From the IMG/VR virus record IMGVR_UViG_3300009610_000004: DNA of 20,000 nt; one strand, written 5' to 3'. Numbering within the stretch: position 1 is the stretch's first letter; the number at the start of each line of letters is the position of its first letter. Positions 1-8,243 of the stretch are shown piece after piece. The position numbers and the translations under genes were made by a program. The notes beneath the pieces are model-generated. The model did not search any database. It worked only from the letters and a program-made list of their open reading frames with translations, and was not told the origin of the DNA. This DNA is from an uncultured virus (IMG/VR IMGVR_UViG_3300009610_000004) (lineage: Duplodnaviria > Heunggongvirae > Uroviricota > Caudoviricetes).

Positions 1-470
1 ACCGGACGCCCACAGCGTATCACATCTTTATCCCTTTGCGCAAAATATTTTCCACTTGCGCTCCGGCCGCCTCCAGGCGCAAAATGGGAATCGTTAAAAT
101 GGACACCGCGGCTGAATCCCCAAATCGAGCGCGCCAGATCGGCTCTGCGCTTCTCGGAGCAAGGCCAGCGTTGTATACGGTCTCCCCGACCCGCTCCCCG
201 TGGCGGTCGGCTCTCTTACCTCAAAGCGGGACGGCTCCGATCGTCGAACTCAGCGCCTCTGCAATACCAAACACCGGGGTGAATAACCCGTGGGATCCTG
301 AGTTCGGGCTGCTACAGCACGAGGAAACGCCTCAAAACGACTATCCTCAAGATTGCAACGAAGTTAAGAGCAATCCGAAACTGTAGCCTCGGGGCCAAAT
401 ACGCCCCCCAACTCGGCCCGCCGCGAAACAACAGGAGCGTAGTCCCGTGCGGGGGATCATAGGGGGGCCT

Positions 471-476
471 TATAAT
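471..476 (+). promoter_or_regulatory. Sigma70-type -10 box of a probable leaderless transcript
   Basis: Perfect TATAAT at 471-476, ATG at 483, no Shine-Dalgarno between them. Confidence 0.55.
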
Positions 477-482
477 CCACTC

Positions 483-623
483 ATGCCCCTCCAAAAAGGC
501 TCTTCCTCCAAAACCATCCAGAAGAACATCAAAACCGAGATCGCAGCCGGGAAACCCCCAAAACAAGCCGCCGCGATCGCATACAACGTCGCCGGAAAAG
601 CAAAATCCTCCCCTAAAAAGTAA
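483..623 (+). CDS. 46-aa basic phage protein ([46 protein letters not shown])
   Basis: Translated by hand; below the ORF-track cutoff. Resembles a widespread small phage family of the form MPLKKG-S---I--NI--E---GKP-KQA-AIA (from recall). TATAAT lies 6 nt upstream of the ATG. Confidence 0.75.
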   Translation: MPLQKGSSSKTIQKNIKTEIAAGKPPKQAAAIAYNVAGKAKSSPKK

Positions 624-1094
624 CCCACCACCACGGAAAACGGGGCCCCACCCTCGAAAACAGGCCCCGGACGGTTACTAGAACTACTAGCACCGATCCG
701 TCTTCCGCTGCTCCCGAGCCGCAGCCTGCGGCTGCTCGCATCCTTCGGATGCGGGGGGTTGGGAGGTCTGAAAGCTCAACGCGAGCGCAACGCGCAAGCG
801 CTCAAATGCTTCCTCAGGCTCGGCGGTGCGCCGGGCCGCAAATACTCCCTCTATCTCCCTTACCCCCACTACCTCCTCCAAAAAAAACCCCGATTTCGAA
901 CTTTCACACTCCCGCCAACCCTCTCCCGCTTTCCTCGAATTCTGTACTTCACACCTCTCGCAACACACCCCTCGGCCTGGCCGGCGGGGCCCCGCGGATT
1001 CCGGGCATGGGGTGGTCGCCTTCATCCTATTGAGCCGCATCGACTTGCTCGAGGTCGAGCCCTCAGAATCGGCCGGCGACCCGGCGAGCCTCCA

Positions 1095-2045
1095 TCAATC
1101 GGAGTCGAGGCCGTCGCCGTCTTCGCCGTCTTCGGCCCGATCCGACACACCTGACAATGTCCGTTGTAGGGTATCTTCCAGGGCCGGTGGGCCCGGCGGC
1201 ATCTCTACATCAATGAATTCCAGGGGGATTCCCGCCGCGACGTGCCCTTCCACTTGAGCGGCGGTCGCCGAAACCCGGCGGCGCGCATCATTGATACGAT
1301 GCCGGGCCACGCCGGGCCCGGCTCCGCTGGCCGGGATCGGCTGCAGTCCACTTGATAAGACCACCACCAGCGGGCCGGTGCCGCTCGCGCCGCCAGCGCC
1401 GAATGCGCCACGGCCCATCTGGGCCAGGAACTCACCCGTCTCGACGGCGGCGGCGCGCTCCAGGGCGCGTTCCTCTTGGAGCAGGCCGGTGTCGAGCCGC
1501 GCATCGACCACTTCCCGCCATTGATCCTTTGCCAAGCGGATCGACCGCATCTCTTTAACGATCAGGCCGGTCGCATCGCCCGCAACGCCGGGATCGGCCA
1601 TCGCGGCGCGGGCCTGGACCACTGCTTCCAATTGATCGGTGCGGCGCTGTATACGTGCGAGCCTGTTCTCAGCCTGCGTCACCGCCAGCTTCACGAACCG
1701 CTGATCAGCGCGGGCCTGCAATGCCTCCCGATTGGCAAGCAATCTTGCAGGCAAGTGCGTTTGGCCATGTCGATGAATCGAGTCATCACTGACCGCGAAT
1801 TCCCGCGCCAAGTCCGGGTAGCTCCGATCACCGGCCACCAGGAGCGCATCGATGCGGTCGCGGGCCGGGTGAGAGCACACGGTGCAGCGTGGGCCGGGAG
1901 TGCGAGGTGGAAGGCCGGTGAGCGGGCCGGTGGCGCTGGCGGGTGGGGGCGTGGTGATTCCAGAGCTCGACGGGTACACGGTGGCAGATTTATTTTCGGA
2001 TTCATCGCACCTGGCGTCATCCTGTTGATTCTGAGAGGGTTCCAT
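1095..2045 (-). CDS. Putative terminase small subunit-like protein (Zn-binding CxxC..H..H plus HTH)
   Basis: RCTVCSHPARDRIDALLVAGDRSYPDLAREFAVSDDSIHRHGQTHL is a CxxC-H / HTH / HxxxxH module typical of phage TerS-like proteins; it is followed by a coiled-coil-like stretch and an acidic tail. Confidence 0.55.
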   Translation of the reverse strand: MEPSQNQQDDARCDESENKSATVYPSSSGITTPPPASATGPLTGLPPRTPGPRCTVCSHPARDRIDALLVAGDRSYPDLAREFAVSDDSIHRHGQTHLPARLLANREALQARADQRFVKLAVTQAENRLARIQRRTDQLEAVVQARAAMADPGVAGDATGLIVKEMRSIRLAKDQWREVVDARLDTGLLQEERALERAAAVETGEFLAQMGRGAFGAGGASGTGPLVVVLSSGLQPIPASGAGPGVARHRINDARRRVSATAAQVEGHVAAGIPLEFIDVEMPPGPPALEDTLQRTLSGVSDRAEDGEDGDGLDSD

Positions 2046-2051
2046 GCGGTG

Positions 2052-2061
2052 AGCGTATCAC
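2052..2061 (-). promoter_or_regulatory. Extended -10 promoter (TGnTACGCT), leaderless, for the TerS-like gene
   Basis: Minus strand reads GTGATACGCT-caccgc-ATG; the same 10-mer recurs at 14-23. Confidence 0.5.
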
Positions 2062-2182
2062 GGTTGGAATAGTTCCGATTATCTCTCTAATAGGTGTAAC
2101 CTTCGGGTTGCCGGTGGCATCCTCAACTATTCGGCTCTCCGTTTCGAGATGAGAGGTACGAAGGGAAAGGTGAACAGAAGAG

Positions 2183-2449
2183 ATGAAAGCGATTATCGTT
2201 GGAATCGTGCTGGCCGGGATGGCGCTGGCCGAGACGGTGTACTTCGGATCGGCCTCGAAGGCGTTTCACAAGACGGTGGCGTGCAGTGCGAGGCCGGGCA
2301 AGCCTCACCAGTTGCACGCGGATCGAGCGGTGGCCGTGAAGCATGGGCTGAGTGAGTGCAAGCGTTGCTGGCGGGCGGCGAGCGCGAAGTCGAGCAAGGC
2401 GGGGAACGGCGCGTGGGCTGAGAAGGCCGAAGCAAAGGAGGTCAAGTAG
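2183..2449 (+). CDS. Small secreted protein with an Ada-Zn-binding-like Cys/His motif
   Basis: Signal-peptide-like MKAIIVGIVLAGMALA; FHxxxxC...A..HGLSECKRC; RBS AAGGTG upstream. Confidence 0.65.
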   Translation: MKAIIVGIVLAGMALAETVYFGSASKAFHKTVACSARPGKPHQLHADRAVAVKHGLSECKRCWRAASAKSSKAGNGAWAEKAEAKEVK

Positions 2450-2451
2450 AG

Positions 2452-2700
2452 ATGGCGAGACGTAAGCAGGAGCCCATGTCGGTCAAGCAATTGCGCGAGG
2501 CCGTGGTGCAAGCGGGCGCGTGGTACTGGTTCAAAGCGGAGAACGGCGACGAGCAGATCCAGAGCGCGTTGATGCGCGAGGGCTACCGGGCCGGTGTCGA
2601 TGCGTTGCGTTGCTACCAGGAAGGCGAGCCCACGGCGGCTGAGTTGTATGCGGCGGCGTTGAAGCTCTGGCCGGTGTCGCGGTTGCATCCATTGATCTAG
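2452..2700 (+). CDS. Hypothetical phage protein
   Basis: AGGAGG RBS; starts 2 nt after the upstream stop. Confidence 0.7.
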   Translation: MARRKQEPMSVKQLREAVVQAGAWYWFKAENGDEQIQSALMREGYRAGVDALRCYQEGEPTAAELYAAALKLWPVSRLHPLI

Positions 2701-2786
2701 CGGGTCGAGTCAGGGCCCACCGGCACCGGCCAGTGGGCTCCTGGCGCGGATCTGAGGATCGTAGCGAAGACGGAAAGGTGAAAGTG

Positions 2787-3236
2787 ATGCATCCGAGTTT
2801 GACGAGTTACGGAGAGCGGATGGCGAAGGTCGCCAGCGCGGCGGCGGAATTCCCCGCGACGTTTGGGTTGCGGGCCTTCCCCGGCGACCTGTTTCGGATC
2901 GACCTGAAGACGAGCTACCTCAACGATGCGGGCGAGGTGATGCTCTACACGCAACGGCGCGGGGAGCGCGGCGACTGGCTCGCGTTCGCCAAGGGATCGG
3001 TGCTCGAACTGAAGCGCGAGGCGACGGATCTGGCCCGGCCTGAGCGCACGTATCCGATCACGGTGTACGTGTCGCGGGTCGAGCGGCCAGCGCGGGCGTG
3101 GGTCTTTGGGGACAATGAGCGCAAACCGGCGACGTTGATCGGCCAGCGCGTGTTGGGCGTGTATGACAACGCCTCTGAGTTGGGCCGGGCCATGATCGAG
3201 TGGGCTGAGGGCGAGTGGACGGAGGTGTCGCGGTGA
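2787..3236 (+). CDS. Hypothetical phage protein
   Basis: ATG 2787 follows an AAAGGTG RBS; stop overlaps the next start (GTGA). Confidence 0.7.
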   Translation: MHPSLTSYGERMAKVASAAAEFPATFGLRAFPGDLFRIDLKTSYLNDAGEVMLYTQRRGERGDWLAFAKGSVLELKREATDLARPERTYPITVYVSRVERPARAWVFGDNERKPATLIGQRVLGVYDNASELGRAMIEWAEGEWTEVSR

Positions 3237-3499
3237 GCGGGATCTACCGGGTGCGGGTCGAGGCCGGTGACAACGTGTTCACGGCGTATCAGGGCGATTC
3301 GAGCACGCAAGCGATGAAGGCCATCGACATTGCGCGGGCCGTCCTGATCATGAGCGGCGGCACGGCGGCGATCTGGCTGAATGAGAGCGGCGGCGGTTTG
3401 GGCGAGCGGCCACCGGACCGGCTCGCGTGGACGGTGGCGGGTGGATCGGCGGCGGCGGGCCCGGCGGCACCGTGGATCGTGAAGGGAGCGGCGAAATGA
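3233..3499 (+). CDS. Hypothetical phage protein
   Basis: GGAGGT RBS; GTGA and ATGA overlaps at the two ends. Confidence 0.65.
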   Translation: MSGIYRVRVEAGDNVFTAYQGDSSTQAMKAIDIARAVLIMSGGTAAIWLNESGGGLGERPPDRLAWTVAGGSAAAGPAAPWIVKGAAK

Positions 3500-3792
3500 C
3501 GCACACGGCGGTATCGATGATTGTGGCGGTGGGCGAGGTGATCCAGATGCGGGCCGGGGAGTTGTGGGTGGACGTGATCGTGCGCGACGTCAAGAGCGCG
3601 TGGGGCAAGCACCGCTTGCTGGTGGGCCCGGTGGCCGGTGACGGCCAGCAGTGGGTCGAGATGTCGAGTGTGCGGCGCGGGCCGGTGGCGCGGGCGATGG
3701 CGGCGGCGGCGTTCGAGTGCCCGGTATGCCGGGGGCAGATGGAAGTAGATGGCGTGGCGGGCGCGTGCTGGCAGTGCGGGGACAATCGCTGA
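3496..3792 (+). CDS. Hypothetical protein with C-terminal Zn ribbon
   Basis: ATGA coupling; CPVC...CWQC. Confidence 0.65.
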   Translation: MTHTAVSMIVAVGEVIQMRAGELWVDVIVRDVKSAWGKHRLLVGPVAGDGQQWVEMSSVRRGPVARAMAAAAFECPVCRGQMEVDGVAGACWQCGDNR

Positions 3793-3876
3793 ATTCGGAG
3801 TCGCATCGCGCCGGTCGCAGACGGCGCGGGCGCGAGGCCGGGCAGTATCGCGGGATGACAGACAGAAAGGTGAACG

Positions 3877-4086
3877 ATGGAACGAAACAGATTTGACAGG
3901 TTCGAGGTCCAGGAGCAAACGCTCATCTGGACGGCGTTGCACATTGCTTGCGAGCAATGGCAGAAGGATGCGGTGATGATGATGAAGGGCACGCCCAATG
4001 CGCGCTTGGCGGCGCATTTCGAGGGCTACGTGGCGACGGCGGCGAAGCTCCGCGACGAGATCGAAGGGGAGGACGGCGATGCCTGA
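3877..4086 (+). CDS. Hypothetical phage protein
   Basis: AAAGGTG RBS after an intergenic hairpin. Confidence 0.7.
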   Translation: MERNRFDRFEVQEQTLIWTALHIACEQWQKDAVMMMKGTPNARLAAHFEGYVATAAKLRDEIEGEDGDA

Positions 4087-4495
4087 GAACCGGACCTATC
4101 AGAAGCACGGCCTGGAATTCCAGGTCGAGTGGAAAAACGACGACGACAGTGCGGATCTGAGCTACCTGGACTGCGTTGACGATGCGGCGCGGCTCGCGGC
4201 GTGGAACCGCAACGACTGGGTCATGTTGCAGTGCGGCGTGACGGCGCGCATTCGAACGGAGACCATGTGGGCCGTGCCTAACACGGTGGGCCGGGCCTAT
4301 CTGTCGCAGATCGAGTCGGACTCTGACGCGGCGTATCTGAGCGACGTAGAAGAGAGCCTTGAGGCCGAAGCACTCGCGGATGCGCGGATGACGATGGCGG
4401 CGTTGCAGCGGGCGCTGGCCCCGGCGGCGGTGGAGCCGCTCGATCTGCGCCAGATGGCGCTGGTGATCGAGGCATGGGTCGAGGTGGAAGCATGA
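4079..4495 (+). CDS. Hypothetical acidic phage protein
   Basis: GGAGG RBS; 8-nt overlap with the upstream gene. Confidence 0.7.
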   Translation: MPENRTYQKHGLEFQVEWKNDDDSADLSYLDCVDDAARLAAWNRNDWVMLQCGVTARIRTETMWAVPNTVGRAYLSQIESDSDAAYLSDVEESLEAEALADARMTMAALQRALAPAAVEPLDLRQMALVIEAWVEVEA

Positions 4496-4713
4496 GTGCC
4501 ATCGTGCGGATCGGCGAGCGACCGCTGAAACGCGAGACGGCGGTAGGCATCCGGGACGGAGGGCGCTCACGCGCCCTTCTCATCGAACTGCACCCGCGCC
4601 ATATCGAGTTGAGGCGCAAGGGAACGCAACGGCGGCTCACCGTGTCATACGACGCCATCTATGACCTCGCGAGCAAGCTCTTGGCGCGGGCTGAGAAGGG
4701 CGGTGGCAAGTGA
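4492..4713 (+). CDS. Hypothetical basic phage protein
   Basis: GAGGTG RBS; ATGA and GTGA coupling. Confidence 0.7.
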   Translation: MSAIVRIGERPLKRETAVGIRDGGRSRALLIELHPRHIELRRKGTQRRLTVSYDAIYDLASKLLARAEKGGGK

Positions 4714-5177
4714 GCGTGCCGATCTCGACGCTCGACTGGTTCCTCGCTTACCGGCGGCGCGGCGAGCGGGCGGTGGATTGCCTCTGGCGGGCCCGGTGCA
4801 ATGCGGCGGCGGTCAAGGATGCCGAAGATACGCTGGCGCGGTTGTCGCCGTCTTCGCGGGCCCGCGTCGAACGCTTCCATGAGTGGCTCATACGGTCAGA
4901 CGAGGTGATGGTGCTCCAGGAGGAACGCGACCGGGACTGGATCAATGAACCGGAGCGGGCCGGGCGGTGCCATGCGGCGGCTGATCACGGGTGCGACGGC
5001 AAGACTCACGCGGAGGTGATCGACGACTGGCGCGATGCGTTTCAGCAGTGGTGCCGGTGCCACGGCGGCAAGTGGGCCGAGACTCCGGTACGGTTCATCA
5101 CGGCGGTCGAGGCCCATGCGACGTTGTGCGAGCTATGGCACGAGTATCACGGCTCGCTGCATACGGAGATTGGCTGA
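4710..5177 (+). CDS. Hypothetical phage protein
   Basis: GTGA coupling; 155-aa ORF in the operon direction. Confidence 0.65.
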   Translation: MSVPISTLDWFLAYRRRGERAVDCLWRARCNAAAVKDAEDTLARLSPSSRARVERFHEWLIRSDEVMVLQEERDRDWINEPERAGRCHAAADHGCDGKTHAEVIDDWRDAFQQWCRCHGGKWAETPVRFITAVEAHATLCELWHEYHGSLHTEIG

Positions 5178-5249
5178 GAGTCGCGGAGGGCGGGCCCTCG
5201 ACGGCCCGTCCAGCGGGATTCTTTCCCAAATCAAACGAGGTGAAAGGCA

Positions 5250-5456
5250 ATGGCGAAAGCTAAAGCAGTGACAGTGACGATTGATACGGACCGCATTCTG
5301 GAAGCGGTCCAGGCAGACGACAATCTGGGGTTCTGCCTCGCGTGCGGCGAGGAAGCCTACGGCGTCGAACCGGATGCCCGGCGGTATCCCTGCGAGGCGT
5401 GCGGAGCCAAGCAGGTCTATGGGGCCGAAGAACTCATGATCATGGTGGTCGCATGA
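5250..5456 (+). CDS. Small Zn-ribbon phage protein
   Basis: GFCLACG...VEPDARRYPCEACG..VYGAEEL (two CxxC); strong RBS. Confidence 0.75.
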   Translation: MAKAKAVTVTIDTDRILEAVQADDNLGFCLACGEEAYGVEPDARRYPCEACGAKQVYGAEELMIMVVA

Positions 5457-5797
5457 GCGGCGCGGCGGCGAAGACGGCGGTGATCGCGCATCTCAACGAC
5501 CTCGCGCGGCGGGCGATGGGCGTTGGGTGCAAGCTGGTTGTCACGCCGGGCATTCGGGCGTTGCCAGATGCGGTCCAGTCGCGCATCCGCGAGCGGGTCG
5601 AGTTGTTCGACGACTTCAAAGAGTCGAACGATCCGTATGGCGAGCATGACTTTGGGGCCTTCGATCAGGCCGGGGCCGGGAAGGTCTTTTGGAAGATTGA
5701 CTACTACGGTCCTGACTTCATGTACCTGTCCGAGAACCCGGCCTCGACGGCGGCGACCCGGCGGGTTCTGACGATCATGCTCGCAGAGGAGTACTAG
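5453..5797 (+). CDS. DUF3768 family protein
   Basis: LND..R, FDDF...NDPYGEHDFG, FWKIDYY and TRRVLTIMLAEEY are the characteristic DUF3768 motifs. Confidence 0.9.
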   Translation: MSGAAAKTAVIAHLNDLARRAMGVGCKLVVTPGIRALPDAVQSRIRERVELFDDFKESNDPYGEHDFGAFDQAGAGKVFWKIDYYGPDFMYLSENPASTAATRRVLTIMLAEEY

Positions 5798-5799
5798 CC

Positions 5800-6045
5800 G
5801 TGAGGACGAGGTGGTTAGAGGTAGCGGCGTTGGCCGTGGCGGCGCTTGGGTTCATGGCGGCGGGTTGGGCGGCGGCGACCGCACGTTGGGCTCCTGGCGG
5901 GCCCTGCGATGACCGGGGAGAGCGTCTGGCGTGGAGCCAGGAGCTATGCTCGACGGACGCCGAGTGCGCCGTGCTGGAGGTCCGTCTGACGGAGCTTGGG
6001 TGGATACCGCCTGAGCCCATGTTCAGCGGCGACCGGCGGCGGTAG
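5800..6045 (+). CDS. Small membrane-anchored or secreted protein
   Basis: Hydrophobic N-terminus WLEVAALAVAALGFMAAGWAAA; GAGGAG RBS. Confidence 0.55.
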   Translation: MRTRWLEVAALAVAALGFMAAGWAAATARWAPGGPCDDRGERLAWSQELCSTDAECAVLEVRLTELGWIPPEPMFSGDRRR

Positions 6046-6065
6046 GATCGGCGGCGGCGGGATCG

Positions 6066-6092
6066 GGGGAGCCTTCGGGCTCCCCTTTTTTT
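6066..6092 (+). terminator. Intrinsic terminator
   Basis: GGGGAGCC-TTCG-GGCTCCCC followed by T7. Confidence 0.92.
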
Positions 6093-6313
6093 GTGCCTGG
6101 AGCCCGCTGGCCGGGCCGGGGGGACCGGCGGCCGGGATCGGTGAGCGGGCCCGCTGGCGGTGCCGTGGCGGGCCGGTGGCGACCGGCCTAGGCTCTGGCG
6201 CTATACGGCGGGCCGGTGGCCCGGTGCCGGCCGCTTTCCGGGCCGGGGCCAGCTCGCGCCAAGGTGCGACCGCCAGGTCGCGCCCGCGGGGCCTCGAGTT
6301 GGGGCGGGCGTCC

Positions 6314-6346
6314 GACAGGCGGGTGACAGGCGGGTGACAGGCGGCT
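6314..6346 (+). repeat. Three tandem 11-bp repeats GACAGGCGG(G/C)T
   Basis: Copies start at 6314, 6325 and 6336, just upstream of a -35 box. Confidence 0.85.
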
Positions 6347-6357
6347 GAGAAATATAA

Positions 6358-6386
6358 TTGACGCGGCAAGTTGCTCGTGTCATGCT
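6358..6386 (+). promoter_or_regulatory. Sigma70-type promoter for the second rightward operon
   Basis: TTGACG-N17-CATGCT with an extended TG at 6378-6379 and AT-rich sequence upstream. Confidence 0.65.
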
Positions 6387-6445
6387 CATTGGCAAGGCTC
6401 CCGTGGCAAGGGGCCGGTGAGAATACGACGAGGTGAAAGGACAAT

Positions 6446-7144
6446 ATGAAGTTCCAAGACTATCCGGTCTGGCCGTATGACGGCGGGCCGGTGAAAGAAA
6501 ACATGGAGGTTCCCCAGTGGGCTCTCGACGAGGGATTCGAAGATAGCTCCTGGCACAACGACGCGGCGGCGAGGATGTTTTTGACGCGCTCGCCCGGCGT
6601 CAATCTGTGGGTGGCAGAGGAAAGGCCAGAGGACCGCGAGTGTTCGACGGGCAAGCGGTACACGCTGCAAGTCGAGATCGACAGTGAGGCCAATACGTTT
6701 CTCACTACGGACGATCACGCCGAGATCATTCACTTCCTGAAGACGCCCACGCTCGAATTCACGGTGGCCCGCGCTTGCGCGGAGATCTGGCATGACATGG
6801 AAGACGGCACGGTGCCGCGTGAGAAGATCCGTTCGTTCAGCGACCTTCACGATTACGTGGACGCGAACGGGTACGGCGGTGCCTTCGAGGATTGGGCGTG
6901 GCGCGACTTCGATCCGCAGCCAATGGACATGGACTTCTGGAACAAGGTCCAGGACCAGTGCGACAAGTGGATCAAGGATGAGTTCGCAATGCAGCACGCG
7001 ATCAAAACCACCTTGGGCGAAGACTGCAAGCGGGTCTTGTTGGGCGAGGCCGATATCGTTCTGCTCATCGCGGCGTGCGAGGACCGCGAGGGCCAAGAGT
7101 GCTACGACAAGCTGGCGGCACGGCTCAGGGCGGTGTCGCTATGA
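6446..7144 (+). CDS. Hypothetical two-domain phage protein (N-terminal half paralogous to the next gene)
   Basis: Strong RBS; MKFQDYPVW...MEVPQWALDEGFEDSSWHND; C-terminal SFSDLHDYVDANGYGG block. Confidence 0.8.
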   Translation: MKFQDYPVWPYDGGPVKENMEVPQWALDEGFEDSSWHNDAAARMFLTRSPGVNLWVAEERPEDRECSTGKRYTLQVEIDSEANTFLTTDDHAEIIHFLKTPTLEFTVARACAEIWHDMEDGTVPREKIRSFSDLHDYVDANGYGGAFEDWAWRDFDPQPMDMDFWNKVQDQCDKWIKDEFAMQHAIKTTLGEDCKRVLLGEADIVLLIAACEDREGQECYDKLAARLRAVSL

Positions 7145-7506
7145 AGTTCAACGACTTTCCGATCTGGCTCGATCACGATGAGCGCCGTCCGACCGGCGGC
7201 ATGATGGAGATCCCCGAATGGGCGCTGGCCGCTGGCTTCGAGGACTGGAGTTGCCACAACGACGAGATGGCTCGTATGCGGCACAAGGACGCATGGGATC
7301 TGGTCTTGTGGATCGGCGACGAGCGATGCACGCCGCGCTACATCCTGACTCTTGAGGACTGGGATTATCCTGAGGACCGCGAAGAGACGTGGAGGTCTGC
7401 CAACGATCACCAGGAGGTGCTCGACTTCCTGGCCGACCCCAGACGGCAAGACTTCCGGTCCCAGTTGAAACTCGCCATCGAGCGCGACCCACGGGTGCGG
7501 AAGTAG
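7141..7506 (+). CDS. Hypothetical phage protein, paralog of the N-terminal domain of 6446..7144
   Basis: ATGA coupling; MKFNDFPIW...MEIPEWALAAGFEDWSCHND. Confidence 0.8.
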   Translation: MKFNDFPIWLDHDERRPTGGMMEIPEWALAAGFEDWSCHNDEMARMRHKDAWDLVLWIGDERCTPRYILTLEDWDYPEDREETWRSANDHQEVLDFLADPRRQDFRSQLKLAIERDPRVRK

Positions 7507-7578
7507 GAATCCGCGAGGCGGCTCTGAGTGTGACAGAGCCGACCGGCGGGATACTTCCCAAATCGAGGTGGAAAGGCA

Positions 7579-7944
7579 ATGGCAAGACACGTTGGAAGCG
7601 AGATCGAACTGGGGATCACGCGCCAGGAAGGGCGCATGGGCCCGGAGCGGGCCGTGCTGGTGATGAATACCGACCGGGGCACTTACGGCGGCGTGCATTC
7701 GGGAGCGATGGTGCAGTGGGTGAACGAGGCGAACGAGTACCGGTGCCATACGCTGGTGACCGATTATTGCGCGAAGGTGGCGGTGTCGATGGCGCGGGCG
7801 ACCCAACGCAATATCGACCGGCAGCACGCTCAGGCGTTCTCCGAGGAAACGGTGGCGAAGCTGGTCGAGGCGGCGAAGGCGCACTACGCGGGCGTCTGGC
7901 CCCCGCGCACGCTGAACCCGTGGGAAGGGGAGGTGGCGAAATGA
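7579..7944 (+). CDS. Hypothetical phage protein
   Basis: Strong RBS after an intergenic hairpin; ATGA coupling to the next gene. Confidence 0.75.
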   Translation: MARHVGSEIELGITRQEGRMGPERAVLVMNTDRGTYGGVHSGAMVQWVNEANEYRCHTLVTDYCAKVAVSMARATQRNIDRQHAQAFSEETVAKLVEAAKAHYAGVWPPRTLNPWEGEVAK

Positions 7945-8243
7945 CGCTCGCGATTCTGCAGTGGCGCGAGTACGGCGACGACGAGGACAGTTTGAGCGTG
8001 CATCTGATCGAGAGCCAGGACGACGACGACGACTATGGCTTCGACGCGGCCCGGCGGCTCGCCAAGCACGAGGCCGAAGTCAACGGGTTGCTCTACCGGG
8101 AACCGGACGAGGCGGTTAGCCGCTACGACGATGAAAAGGGCCATCTCATGATCATCAACATGATGGCGTTCAAGAACGGCGAGGTCATCACGGCCCAGGA
8201 CGAGCGGAAGTTCATTGTCCGGTTTGAGGAGGTGACCGAATGA
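7941..8243 (+). CDS. Small acidic hypothetical protein
   Basis: GGAGGT RBS, ATG 7941 (the ORF-track start at 7389 is over-extended); D/E-rich. Confidence 0.75.
   Translation: MTLAILQWREYGDDEDSLSVHLIESQDDDDDYGFDAARRLAKHEAEVNGLLYREPDEAVSRYDDEKGHLMIINMMAFKNGEVITAQDERKFIVRFEEVTE

Noticed and set aside
36..1257. ORFs 36..386, 312..566, 687..1040, 749..1033, 759..1154 and 826..1257
   Set aside because: No RBS or motif support and compositionally biased; 99..386 cannot be excluded but is unsupported
6314..6346. CRISPR-like array
   Set aside because: The repeats are contiguous 11-mers without spacers, and there are no cas genes in the window
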